Shown here piece after piece: positions 8,626-17,900 of a stretch of DNA of 40,500 bases (its first letter is position 1; each line of letters opens with the position of its first letter). The stretch spans positions 1-40,500 of the forward strand of contig VXPS01000262.1 of the NCBI GenBank assembly GCA_009839425.1, in the 5' to 3' direction. Position numbers and translations under genes: made by a program. The DNA is from Chloroflexota bacterium. Lineage in GTDB: Bacteria; Chloroflexota; UBA11872. The notes beneath the pieces are model-generated. The model did not search any database, had not been told where the DNA came from, and saw only the letters and a list, made by a program, of their open reading frames with translations.

Positions 8626-8855
8626 AACGGACATTAGCAAGATTCGGAACTTTCGCCGTTCGGTCGTGGAAGCTCTTATGGATCGTTTTTCGGACTACCT
8701 GGGCAGTGGCGCAGCAAGTGGCCAGAGTCGTGACTGCGGTTGGTTTGATATGGCTTGTTCTGGTGTTATCCAGTGAGGCACCAAAGATCGTTGACGCTAT
8801 CGACCGAGCGAGTTTTGCAATACGTTACGAAATCCGAAATTTCTCTGTGTTTTAG
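8622..8855 (+). CDS. Small putative membrane protein
   Basis: 77 aa from the ATG at 8622. ATGA overlap with the upstream ORF. Hydrophobic stretch VVTAVGLIWLVLVLS. Confidence 0.35.
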   Translation: MKRTLARFGTFAVRSWKLLWIVFRTTWAVAQQVARVVTAVGLIWLVLVLSSEAPKIVDAIDRASFAIRYEIRNFSVF

Positions 8856-9090
8856 GAGTGGTGAAGCTCGTCAATCGCCGTAGGAGCGTGACCGCAAAAC
8901 CGATGCTTGACCCTGAACGCGACTTGAAAGGCGCATAGTGGTGCGCTACTAGCCGCCCGGATATCTGGCTTCACGAAGCCTGGGAACTTGACACTTCGGA
9001 TCCCGTACGGGATCCGATCACTGGCGGAGCGGTTAGCGGCGTTGCAGACTGTGGACTTGCCCCGAACGTTGGAGCGAGTCTGGGCGGGGT

Positions 9091-9501
9091 AGATCTGCGT
9101 GCATTGAGGGCGCTGCAGCTCTTCCGCGTCGTGCGGAATCTCAAGTTGGCCCGGTACAGCGAGGCGATGGCCCGATTCGGGAAGGCAGTGGCCCTCGCGA
9201 AGGAAGAGATTGTGCTGTTCGCCGGCGTCGCCTTGCTCTACCTGTCGGCGGCAAGTATCTGGTACTTTGAGCACGAAGCGCAGCGCGAAGCCTTCGCGAG
9301 CATCCCGCACAGCCTCTGGTGGGCAACCGCGACCCTCACGACGGCGGGCTACGGCGATGTCTACCCGGTCACCGCGGCCGGCAAACTTTTCACGTTTGTC
9401 ATCTGATGTGTGGGCTTGGAATCGTCGCGGTGCCCGCTGCGCTGGTCGCTTCAGCGTTGTCGCAAATCCGCCGGGAGAACGCTGGAACGAGGGAGCTATA
9501 G
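9091..9501 (+). pseudogene. Voltage-gated-type K+ channel remnant (S4 to pore to S6), N-terminally truncated and frameshifted
   Basis: S4-like LRALQLFRVVRNLKLARY and selectivity filter TLTTAGYGD. The frame breaks near 9395-9405, and S6-like GLGIVAVPAALVASAL continues in another frame. No S1-S3 upstream (stop at 9088-9090). Confidence 0.75.
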
Positions 9502-9694
9502 GTTGTGATGACCATGGTAACCGCGCACCAACATTGCGCTTGGACCAATCGTTCGGGACTGATCAAGAACTAGGCGCGGGACTGATGGATTGTTGGCTGG
9601 TTGCGCCCGACAGACACAGCAGGCCGTGGGGCATCTGATCAATAGTGACGCTATGTTGACTGGCTGTCACTAATTCGTTGTATTAGGCTTCACG

Positions 9695-10447
9695 ATGCAA
9701 ACAGTTTGCAAACTTTGCGTAAAAGAAGAAAACACTCTCCTTTCGCACATAATTCCCGAGTGGGGTTATGCTGGAGCGTACGACAATAAGCACCGCTTTG
9801 TTCCTTATGATGCACTAAATGAAAAAGAGGGTCGGATAGAGCAAAAGGGTATCCGCGAGCGAATGTTATGCGGCAAGTGCGAGACTGTATTCAGCAAGTG
9901 GGAACAATATGGTAAGAGCGTGTGGGAGTTGAAAACAGGCCAATGGAAGACACTTAGTAACGGAAGTTTAGTTGGATTGAACTTGGAGTACAAGAAATTA
10001 AGATTATTTTTGCTTTCGATCCTGTGGCGTGCCCATGTTGCAGAAGGTTGTTTCGCAGAAAACGTGGCTCTCGGTCCGCACGGCGAGAGGATTCGTCTCA
10101 TGCTGTTGAATAATGATCCCAATGGGCCAGAGTTGTATCCGTGCATGATGATGCGAATCTTCGAGGGCAACACGCCGCAAGAGGTTGGATTACGGTTTCC
10201 GATCTGCGGGCGATGGTACGGGGAGCGAGCCTACTCAGTGGCCTTCAAGGGTATTGGGTTGCTCTACATTATGAAACGGGGAGCTCGGCGTGAGGTCAGC
10301 CAACGAAGATCAATTAACATAGCTGGAGAATTAGTCATCGGCACCAGTCAAGCCCTCAATTGGGTTGGAGGTATGGAAAACCTGCAGATAGCATGGCCAG
10401 TAGAGAGACTTGTCCGAGAGGCTATTGGTGACAGCGAGGGGGAATAG
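9695..10447 (+). CDS. Hypothetical protein with N-terminal CxxC...H...CxxC arrangement
   Basis: 250 aa in a low-GC stretch. CKLCVKEENTLLSHIIPEW and LCGKCETVFSKWE resemble the metal-binding scaffold of HNH_5-like proteins, but without a clear catalytic Asn. Confidence 0.5.
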   Translation: MQTVCKLCVKEENTLLSHIIPEWGYAGAYDNKHRFVPYDALNEKEGRIEQKGIRERMLCGKCETVFSKWEQYGKSVWELKTGQWKTLSNGSLVGLNLEYKKLRLFLLSILWRAHVAEGCFAENVALGPHGERIRLMLLNNDPNGPELYPCMMMRIFEGNTPQEVGLRFPICGRWYGERAYSVAFKGIGLLYIMKRGARREVSQRRSINIAGELVIGTSQALNWVGGMENLQIAWPVERLVREAIGDSEGE

Positions 10448-11013
10448 GTGCTTGAAAATACTTCACTGCCTCTAAACGCGGTAACTGCCCTTTAATCGAA
10501 AGCGTGAGCAAATCTGCAGAGGTGCGAGTCCTCGTGCAGGTTCGGATCACGAAATTCCGCAAATTGCGTTGGTTCCATGCGGACGCGCCAGAGCCCGCGC
10601 TAGGAGTCGCCGCTGAACAGGGTGGCGGCTCCGGCCATCAGCCGTGATTTCTCGTATTGTGGTCATTTGTACGAGTTCCTGCGGCGGGCGACCGAGAAGT
10701 TTCTCGCCATTCCCGGCCCATAGCGTCCGGCAGGTCAGGATGGTGGCTCTGCTGCTTCGCGTTCGATACGCTACGCCGTCGGAACCGCCGATGGCGTGCC
10801 CCAATTTGTTTTCTTGTTTGGTGCATGCCAATGGGCGCGCATGATTGCGTTCTACGACTGAGTTGCCGCAGGACCCGCGCAGATTCCCTCCGGGCAATCG
10901 TTGCAGCGATTCCCAACGAAAGGGCACATGCTTCCGGTTCAGGTTTCCCGTGAAGTCGCAGTCATCGATTCAGCCAGGGCTTGCTGGCTGAGTCGCCGTA
11001 GGCCCTCGTGGTC

Positions 11014-11403
11014 TCAGGTTCGTACCCGGACCGCATCAGGTAAGTCCAAGACACGGCGGGCTCCCAGCACGTCCGAGGTCACGATTTCGTCGCCCGTTTC
11101 CTCGTCGGTGCTCACTGACAGATTCTCAACCTTCTGCGCGCTCAGGCAGGGATTGTGACCAACAAACGCGATAGGTCCGTCCGCTGTGCGTTCCACTTGA
11201 AATCGATATGGCCTGTGGTCCGGTCGACTGTCCAATTCAAGGCTGGCGCGCTCGCGGGTGGAGAGGAACAGGAGGTCGTGCAGTCTTTGAAGGTTGTCGG
11301 AAACATAGTCCTCACTCTTTCCCGCACTCACGATATCGACAATCGGGTGCGTGACGGCTGCGTGTTCGCCAAACCATTTCAAACTGGTCACCCAAGCTGT
11401 CAT
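11014..11403 (-). CDS. Hypothetical protein
   Basis: 129-aa ORF with protein-like composition. No recognisable motif. Confidence 0.35.
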   Translation of the reverse strand: MTAWVTSLKWFGEHAAVTHPIVDIVSAGKSEDYVSDNLQRLHDLLFLSTRERASLELDSRPDHRPYRFQVERTADGPIAFVGHNPCLSAQKVENLSVSTDEETGDEIVTSDVLGARRVLDLPDAVRVRT

Positions 11404-11539
11404 CGATTGAACTCCCGTTCCTCGGACCGCAAACGTGCGCCCGAATCTACAGGGCTAGAGCCGTTTTCCACCCGTATGCATGCACGGGCCCGTCGATGAG
11501 CCGTACCCGGCCCCAACCCGGTCACGGAGTTTCGGCAGA

Positions 11540-11614
11540 ATGCAATTGCCTTTGTTGCGGGAACACTGTATAACTATATGATTTTATGTGTATTATATAG
11601 AAGGAAGAGCAAAC
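11540..11614 (+). promoter_or_regulatory. AT-rich putative promoter and RBS region upstream of the ssp-like operon
   Basis: tgtataactatatgattttatgtgtattatatagaaggaagagcaaac precedes a GTG at 11615. aaggaag is a plausible Shine-Dalgarno sequence. Confidence 0.3.
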
Positions 11615-12805
11615 GTGACCCATCCGCGCGATAGGGCTGGAACCTTGGCCAGAAGATCCGGGTCACGCGTTCGTCAAGAACCGATCTTCCTTGATTTTCA
11701 GGCGACCACGCCACTGGATCCGGTTGTGCTCGAGGCGATGCTTCCCTGGATGAGCGGCGCGTGGAACGCCCACGCGATTGAACATGGCATGGGTCGCACA
11801 GCCAGCGCGGCAGTGGAGACGGCCAGGGAACAGGTTGCGGCGCTGCTCGGGTGTCGGTCATCCGAGATCACGTTTACTTCGGGCGCGACCGAGGCCTCGA
11901 ACATCGTCTTGCGTGGCGCCACAAGTGCTGGCGACGCAGTCGTGACGACAGAACTCGAGCACGCAAGCGTCTCGGAAACCGCCGATGACCTGGAGGCCAA
12001 TGGCAGATTCATCCATCGCGTCACGGCCAGCGAAGACGGAATCGTCGACGTCGCTGCACTTGCTGAAGCGTTGGACTCGCAGCCAGCGCTCGCGTCAATC
12101 ACCGCCGTCAACAGCGAAATCGGAACGGTCCAGCCGATCGACGACGTGGCCGCGATGTGCGCGGATCGCGACGTCCCGCTGCACAGCGACCTGACGCAGG
12201 CGGTGGGCAGGATTCCGGTGAAGCTCAGCGACTGGTTCGTGTCGTACGCCTCGATTTCCTCCCACAAGATCTACGGGCCCCAGGGGATCGGCGCACTCTT
12301 CGTTGCGGACGCCGCCGCCGCGCCCAGGCCCCTCGCGACGGGCGGAGGGCAGGAGAACGGGTTGAGACCCGGAACGCTTCCCGTTGCAAGCTGCATCGGC
12401 TTTGGTGCGGCGTGCGACCTGGCTCGGACGCGCCGGGAGCAGGATGATGCGCACGCCCAGACGCTCGCGCGCATGATGCTGAACGGGCTATCCGAACTCG
12501 AAGGATGGCAGTTGAACGGATCGCTGGAGACACGCATCCCGCACAATCTCAGTGTGGCCTTCGAAGGGGTGGATGCCGAGATGCTGCTGGCGTCGCTACC
12601 GGAGCTCGCGCTTGCAACAGGTTCAGCATGCAGCGCCGGATCGCTTCGAGGATCCGCGACGTTGCGCGCCATCAGCGTGCCGGAACCTCTGGCAAACGGC
12701 ACCATTCGGATCGGCTTCGGCCGGACCACTACCCCGGAAGAGGTCCGGACGGCCGCGAGCCTCTTGTGCGATCGTGTGCACTTGCTTCGAGGCGACGCGC
12801 CATGA
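11615..12805 (+). CDS. sspA: Class V aminotransferase-fold cysteine desulfurase (SspA/DndA/IscS-like)
   Basis: The ORF track starts at 11588; a GTG at 11615 has the better RBS. PLP-lysine motif SSHKIYGPQGIGALF, catalytic Cys loop ATGSACSAGS, N-terminal FLDFQATTPLDP. Stop overlaps the next start (ATGA). Confidence 0.82.
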   Translation: MTHPRDRAGTLARRSGSRVRQEPIFLDFQATTPLDPVVLEAMLPWMSGAWNAHAIEHGMGRTASAAVETAREQVAALLGCRSSEITFTSGATEASNIVLRGATSAGDAVVTTELEHASVSETADDLEANGRFIHRVTASEDGIVDVAALAEALDSQPALASITAVNSEIGTVQPIDDVAAMCADRDVPLHSDLTQAVGRIPVKLSDWFVSYASISSHKIYGPQGIGALFVADAAAAPRPLATGGGQENGLRPGTLPVASCIGFGAACDLARTRREQDDAHAQTLARMMLNGLSELEGWQLNGSLETRIPHNLSVAFEGVDAEMLLASLPELALATGSACSAGSLRGSATLRAISVPEPLANGTIRIGFGRTTTPEEVRTAASLLCDRVHLLRGDAP

Positions 12806-13734
12806 CGGCGACGGGTGGCCCTGACGCTCCGGAGGTCGGATGGCCGATTGTGCCCGGTCCGCGTGTCTTCTCCGGGCACGAGTCGTTCGCTTGCCGGTAC
12901 GGCTGGATCCCGAAACTGTACGAAGCTGTGATCGAGGATCCGGACCTGTTTGCGTCGGACGATCACGCGATCCTTCGGCTGGGACTCGGCCGCAACATGG
13001 TCAAGTCGCTCCGTTTCTGGGGAGAGGCGCTCCGGCTCACCCAGCGGAACGGGCGGGAGGTACACGTCACGGAGTTTGCCCGGATGCTGCTGGACCCGCG
13101 GGTCGGCCAGGACCCGTACCTTGAAACTCCGGGTGCGCTCTGGCGCCTCCACTGGACGCTGACCGTGCACGCCGGCCTGGGGGCATGGGCCGTGGTCTTC
13201 TTGGAAATGCAGGACCGTGAGATCACCAGAGAGCGACTGGTGACAGCCGTGCGCGGGTGCGCTGCGCGCGTGCGCGGAACGATTACTTCGGGCACGGCCG
13301 CCAACCATGTCAATGTGTTCCTCCAGACCTACGCGGCAAGCGAGCAGGCGGAAGGACCGCCAGAGGAGACGCTGGGCAGCCCTTTCCAGGAACTGGCGCT
13401 GGTGCGGCTGGCGGCGCCGGGCGGCGTGCCGACAGTGCGGCTCCCACGCGGCCCCAAGCGGTCGCTCGACGCGAGCGCGCTTGCCTTCATCCTGCACGAC
13501 TTCTGGCAGGGCAGCATGCCCGGGAGCGAAACCCTGTCCCTGCGGTCGCTCATGCTCGCGCGCGCTGCCCCCGGTGCAGTCCTGCTGCTGGATGAACCCG
13601 GCCTGCACGAGGCGCTCGATTCCGTCTGCTGCCGGTCGGGTAGGCTTACACTGCGGGGCGACGGAGCCGGCGGTCTGGACCTGACCTGCAAAGGTGAGCC
13701 ATTGCGCGAACTCTGGGAGATAGCTTGGTCATGA
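12802..13734 (+). CDS. sspB: DUF4007-like protein (SspB-like, putative nickase of Ssp phosphorothioation systems)
   Basis: In-frame ATG at 12802 within ORF 12505-13734. N-terminal VFSGHESFACRYGWIPKLYEAV matches the DUF4007 opening pattern as I recall it. ATGA coupling at both ends. Confidence 0.7.
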   Translation: MTATGGPDAPEVGWPIVPGPRVFSGHESFACRYGWIPKLYEAVIEDPDLFASDDHAILRLGLGRNMVKSLRFWGEALRLTQRNGREVHVTEFARMLLDPRVGQDPYLETPGALWRLHWTLTVHAGLGAWAVVFLEMQDREITRERLVTAVRGCAARVRGTITSGTAANHVNVFLQTYAASEQAEGPPEETLGSPFQELALVRLAAPGGVPTVRLPRGPKRSLDASALAFILHDFWQGSMPGSETLSLRSLMLARAAPGAVLLLDEPGLHEALDSVCCRSGRLTLRGDGAGGLDLTCKGEPLRELWEIAWS

Positions 13735-16700
13735 CCGGACCCACAGTCGCTACGCGGGTCACCGTTGGACGCCGCTACGTGCGGGCCGTCGAAATCACGC
13801 GCGACGTCGACGATCCGGATGCCCTCGACGGGTACGTCATCACGCCGTCAGTGCGCGATGCGGCCGTCCGCATTTGCGCTGGGCTGTCCCCCACCTCGAC
13901 ACAGCGTGCGTTCCGCGTTGTCGGCCCGTATGGCGCCGGAAAATCCGCGTTCGCCGTGTTCCTCGCTCAGCTCTGCCGGGAGCACGGAGAAGGACCGGCC
14001 ATGGAGCTTCTCGCGGCAGCGACCGGCGGCTCGGTGGCGATCGCGCCGTGGCGGCCGGCCGTTGTCAGCGGCCGGCGGATCAGCTTTGCACGCGAACTGC
14101 TGAGCGTCGTCGTCCGGGAATGCAGCGCTGGCACGACGGAAGTCGCAGAAGCCGCGGCACAGGCTGCTGCATTGCTGACGCGGGACGATCCACTTGATGT
14201 CCAGGAGGTTGTCGCGCTCCTTGAGTCCGCGGCTGCAGCCGTGCGGCAAACCTCCGGCGAGGGCCTGCTGCTGCTCGTTGACGAGATGGGCAGGTTCCTG
14301 GAGCACGCCGCGCTGGGTAACGAAGATCCGTCCATCTTTCAGGCGCTCGCCGAGCGGGCGGGCGGGCGCCCGGGAGCCGACCTCGCGGTCGTCGGCTTCC
14401 TCCATCACCGTTTTGCCGACTATGTGGCCGGACTGGGCAAGTGGATGGAGGCGGAATGGACACGATCGTCGGAGCGTTACGAGGAAGTGCCATTCAGCAG
14501 CTCTTCCGAACAGTCGCTCTTCATGCTGGCCCGTGCACTGACGCCGGTTCGGCGCCACACGCCTGCGGTGCGGAAACGGGCGGCCGAGCTCTATGGAGAA
14601 GCGGTGGACCGCGGCCTGTTTGCGGTGGCGCGCGAGGATGCCACTGATGTCTCGCAGACGCTGTACCCGCTGCACCCTGTGGCGGTTGCGACCCTCGTTT
14701 GGGCGATGCGGCGGTTCGGCCAGAACGAGCGATCACTGTTCAGCTTCCTGGGGTCCCTTGAACCCTCAGGTTTCCAGCGGTTCGCGCACGCCACCCGGTA
14801 CGACGCGGCGCACTGGTATCGGGCGCCGCACGCGTTCGACTACCTAGCGGCCATGATCAGCGGCTCCCCGGGGAGCGATCGTGGACGGCGATGGTCGCTG
14901 GCGTTTGACGCTGTGGCCCTTGCGGACGGCCTGCCGGGACGGCATCAGGACGTACTGAAGACCGTCGCGCTGGCGGCCGTCCTGGAACCAGTTCCCGGGT
15001 TGGTCGCCGACAACGATACGGTCGCCTGGTCCGTCGGAATGGATCCAGCGGAGACAGACCGGATTCTCGCAGATCTGGCGGAGCGCAAGCTGATCTATCG
15101 CCGATCGCACCGCCAGGACTATGCCCTCTGGTCAAGCTCCAGCGTCGATCTGTCGCAGTGGCTGGAGGATGCAAAGTTGCATGCCCGCATCCCGGAGCGC
15201 CTAGATGACGTCGAGTCCCTGTGGAAGCTCGCTCGGCCGGTGGTCGCCCACCGCCATTACCACGCCACCGGAACGCTCCGGACCTTTGAAGTTCGGCTTT
15301 GGGCAGGCGGGCAAGTCGCTGCACGCGAGGCCGACGGGCTGATCCTGATTGCACCGACCCACCCGGGCGAGGATATGGAGGCGGTGCTGCGCCAAGCGGC
15401 GGCTGCAGTTGCCGACGACCCGCTTGCACTGGTGTGCGCGCGTGCGATTCACCGGGACGACCTGGAATGGGCTCGTGAACTCACGCTGTGGCGCTGGATA
15501 CGCGAAAACTGCGACGAACTCAGGGTGGACGAACTGGCGCGAGCGGAGGTGTACGAACGCATTGCTGCGGCCGAGCGAGCGCTCACGCGGGTTGCCGCGC
15601 TCCTGTCGACGGTGAGCGACGAACGCGCGGAAGCATGGTGGCATGCAGGCAAGCCGGTCACCATGCCCAAGGGACTAAGCGCTTTCCTCAGCGACATCTG
15701 CGATCGCGTGTACGATGAGGCCCCGATCCTGAAGAACGAACTTATCAACCGTAGACGCCTCTCGGCGGCTGGCGCCAGCGCTCGAATGCGCCTGCTGGAC
15801 AGAATGCTCAGCAGTGCCAATCGCGATCAGCTGGGAATGGACAGCGCTCCACCCGAGCGCACGATCTTTCGATCCGTGTTCCTGACGTCCGGCATGCATA
15901 CGCCAACAAGCAATGGCATGTTCGCCTTCGCTCTACCCAGTCTGTCGGACCCGTGCCGCTGGAGACCGGTCTGGCAACGCATTGAGGAGCTGATCCACAC
16001 TGACGAGCCCATTGGTTTCGGCGTCCTCATGGACGAGTTGGGGCGGCCACCGTACGGCTTGCGCGCCGGACCGGCCCTGCTCGTGATCGTGGCAATCATC
16101 CTGGCGTCGAGACTTCATGTTGCGGTCATGGAGCGAAACAGCTTCGTGCCTGAACTGTCGGTGGCGCATCTGATGCGGCTCGCCAAGTCGCCAAACCGTT
16201 TTGCTGTCAAGTCCCTGCACGAGGGTGCCGCACGAAAGGGAGTTGTGCGGGCACTGGCCGCACGGCTGCAGGTTGCGGGAGCGCGTTCTGCAACACTGCA
16301 CGCACTTTCCGAGTGGCTCTTCACCTGGTACAACGCGCTACCCGTTTACGCGTTGCAGACCCGGACGATCTCCCCTGTCGCGCTCGCAGTCCGCACCGCG
16401 CTGCGCAAGGCATCGGAACCCGGACTTTTGTTCTTTCATGAACTGCCGGCAGCGTGCGCTGCACTGCGCGACCGCGGACGGATCGATATCGAACGCTATC
16501 TTGACGTGCTTGACGACGCGTTGCGCGAAATTGGTGACGCTGCGCCCAAGCTACGGATGCGAGCTGCTGCCGCTACCCAGGAAGCATTCGGCGCCGATGA
16601 TATCGCGACGCTCCGTTCCCGGTTCCAGGACGACTACCCACCGCACTGCCTGGAAAGACTGGATGATCGACTGCGGAACTTCGTGGAGCGAGCGATCGAT

Positions 16701-17093
16701 GCGCAAAGGACCGACGATGAATGGCTGGACCGGATCGCAGGCCATGTGTCCGGTCATCGGCCGGAGAGCTGGGACGACGACACGCTCAACCAGTTCGCAG
16801 TGGAAATCCGGGCCATGGCCGGCAATCTGGCGCGCTGGCTCGCCTTGGCCGGAACCCGGCCGGGGTGCGGAACGGATCTGCAAAGCGTCCACGTTGTCGG
16901 GCTCAACGGGCAGGAACGCGTCGTCGTTGTCCGCCGTGACCGGCCGAACCCGCAGCTGCACAGCCGGCTGAACGCGGTGCGGGAGGCTCTCGGTAACGAG
17001 CCCAACGCCGTGGAGGTGCTGGGGCACCTCCTCGCCGAATACACGGAAGGCCATGTCGGTTGGCAGGAGAGAAAAGCGGTCAGTTCGACATGA
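13731..17093 (+). CDS. sspC: Large P-loop ATPase (SspC-like / DUF499-BrxC-like)
   Basis: About 1120 aa. Walker A VVGPYGAGKSAFAV, Walker B-like LLLLVDEMGRF. ATG at 13731 overlaps the upstream TGA. Its own stop overlaps the next ATG. Confidence 0.68.
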   Translation: MTGPTVATRVTVGRRYVRAVEITRDVDDPDALDGYVITPSVRDAAVRICAGLSPTSTQRAFRVVGPYGAGKSAFAVFLAQLCREHGEGPAMELLAAATGGSVAIAPWRPAVVSGRRISFARELLSVVVRECSAGTTEVAEAAAQAAALLTRDDPLDVQEVVALLESAAAAVRQTSGEGLLLLVDEMGRFLEHAALGNEDPSIFQALAERAGGRPGADLAVVGFLHHRFADYVAGLGKWMEAEWTRSSERYEEVPFSSSSEQSLFMLARALTPVRRHTPAVRKRAAELYGEAVDRGLFAVAREDATDVSQTLYPLHPVAVATLVWAMRRFGQNERSLFSFLGSLEPSGFQRFAHATRYDAAHWYRAPHAFDYLAAMISGSPGSDRGRRWSLAFDAVALADGLPGRHQDVLKTVALAAVLEPVPGLVADNDTVAWSVGMDPAETDRILADLAERKLIYRRSHRQDYALWSSSSVDLSQWLEDAKLHARIPERLDDVESLWKLARPVVAHRHYHATGTLRTFEVRLWAGGQVAAREADGLILIAPTHPGEDMEAVLRQAAAAVADDPLALVCARAIHRDDLEWARELTLWRWIRENCDELRVDELARAEVYERIAAAERALTRVAALLSTVSDERAEAWWHAGKPVTMPKGLSAFLSDICDRVYDEAPILKNELINRRRLSAAGASARMRLLDRMLSSANRDQLGMDSAPPERTIFRSVFLTSGMHTPTSNGMFAFALPSLSDPCRWRPVWQRIEELIHTDEPIGFGVLMDELGRPPYGLRAGPALLVIVAIILASRLHVAVMERNSFVPELSVAHLMRLAKSPNRFAVKSLHEGAARKGVVRALAARLQVAGARSATLHALSEWLFTWYNALPVYALQTRTISPVALAVRTALRKASEPGLLFFHELPAACAALRDRGRIDIERYLDVLDDALREIGDAAPKLRMRAAAATQEAFGADDIATLRSRFQDDYPPHCLERLDDRLRNFVERAIDAQRTDDEWLDRIAGHVSGHRPESWDDDTLNQFAVEIRAMAGNLARWLALAGTRPGCGTDLQSVHVVGLNGQERVVVVRRDRPNPQLHSRLNAVREALGNEPNAVEVLGHLLAEYTEGHVGWQERKAVSST

Positions 17094-17890
17094 GGCACAT
17101 TCTCAGCCTCTCCGGCGGCAAGGATTCGGCGGCACTCGCCATCTACATGCGCGATCGCGTGCCCGAGATGGAGTACGTCTTCTCCGATACCCGCAAGGAG
17201 CTCCCGGAAACGTACGCGTACCTGGAGCGGATCGAGGACTATCTGGGAAGGCGGGTAAACCGGCTCAACGCCGAGCTGGGCTTCGACCACTGGTACGAGG
17301 TCTACGGCGGGATGATTCCCTCAAACCACCGCCGATGGTGCACCAAAATGCTCAAGCTCAAGCCGTTCGAGCAATTCGTAGGTGACGATCCCGTACGCAA
17401 CTACGTCGGGTTGCGCGCCGACGAGAACCGTTCTGGCTACATCAGCCACAAGCCAAACATTACGCCGGTCTATCCATTCCAGCAGGACGGGCTGAAGCTC
17501 GAGGACATCGAGGAAATCCTGCAATCTTCGGGAATCGGGATGCCGCCCTACACGGCATGGGGCCGGTCCCGGTCGGGATGCTACTTCTGCTTTTACCAGC
17601 AGAAAATCGAATGGGTTCGCTTGAAGGAGCAGCACCCGGAGCTCTTCGAGGCAGCAAAGGCCTACGAACGGCCGTTTGCGGGCAGCGGCAACACGTTCAC
17701 CTGGAGCCAGCAGGAATCGCTGACGGAGCTGGAACGGCCAGAGCGTGTGCAAGCAATCAAGGACGAGCACACCCGCCGCCAGGCCGCAAGGAAGGCCAGT
17801 GGCGCGGACCTGACGCTCGCCGAGGTCTACCGACGCCGCGCCGCACAGGACGACGCGGATGATGACGCCTGCCTGATCTGTCACCTGTAA
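17090..17890 (+). CDS. sspD: PAPS reductase/ATP pyrophosphatase-fold protein (SspD-like)
   Basis: PP-loop SLSGGKDSAA near the N-terminus. C-terminal CYFCFYQQ and DDACLICHL Cys motifs. ATG at 17090 in ORF 17060-17890. Confidence 0.8.
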   Translation: MRHILSLSGGKDSAALAIYMRDRVPEMEYVFSDTRKELPETYAYLERIEDYLGRRVNRLNAELGFDHWYEVYGGMIPSNHRRWCTKMLKLKPFEQFVGDDPVRNYVGLRADENRSGYISHKPNITPVYPFQQDGLKLEDIEEILQSSGIGMPPYTAWGRSRSGCYFCFYQQKIEWVRLKEQHPELFEAAKAYERPFAGSGNTFTWSQQESLTELERPERVQAIKDEHTRRQAARKASGADLTLAEVYRRRAAQDDADDDACLICHL

Positions 17891-17900
17891 GGGCGCCACG

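Noticed and set aside
10448-11013. Several 60-126 aa ORFs on both strands between the Cys-rich ORF and the 129-aa hypothetical gene.
   Set aside because: They are mutually overlapping, Arg-rich and free of motifs. No RBS or operon context supports any of them.
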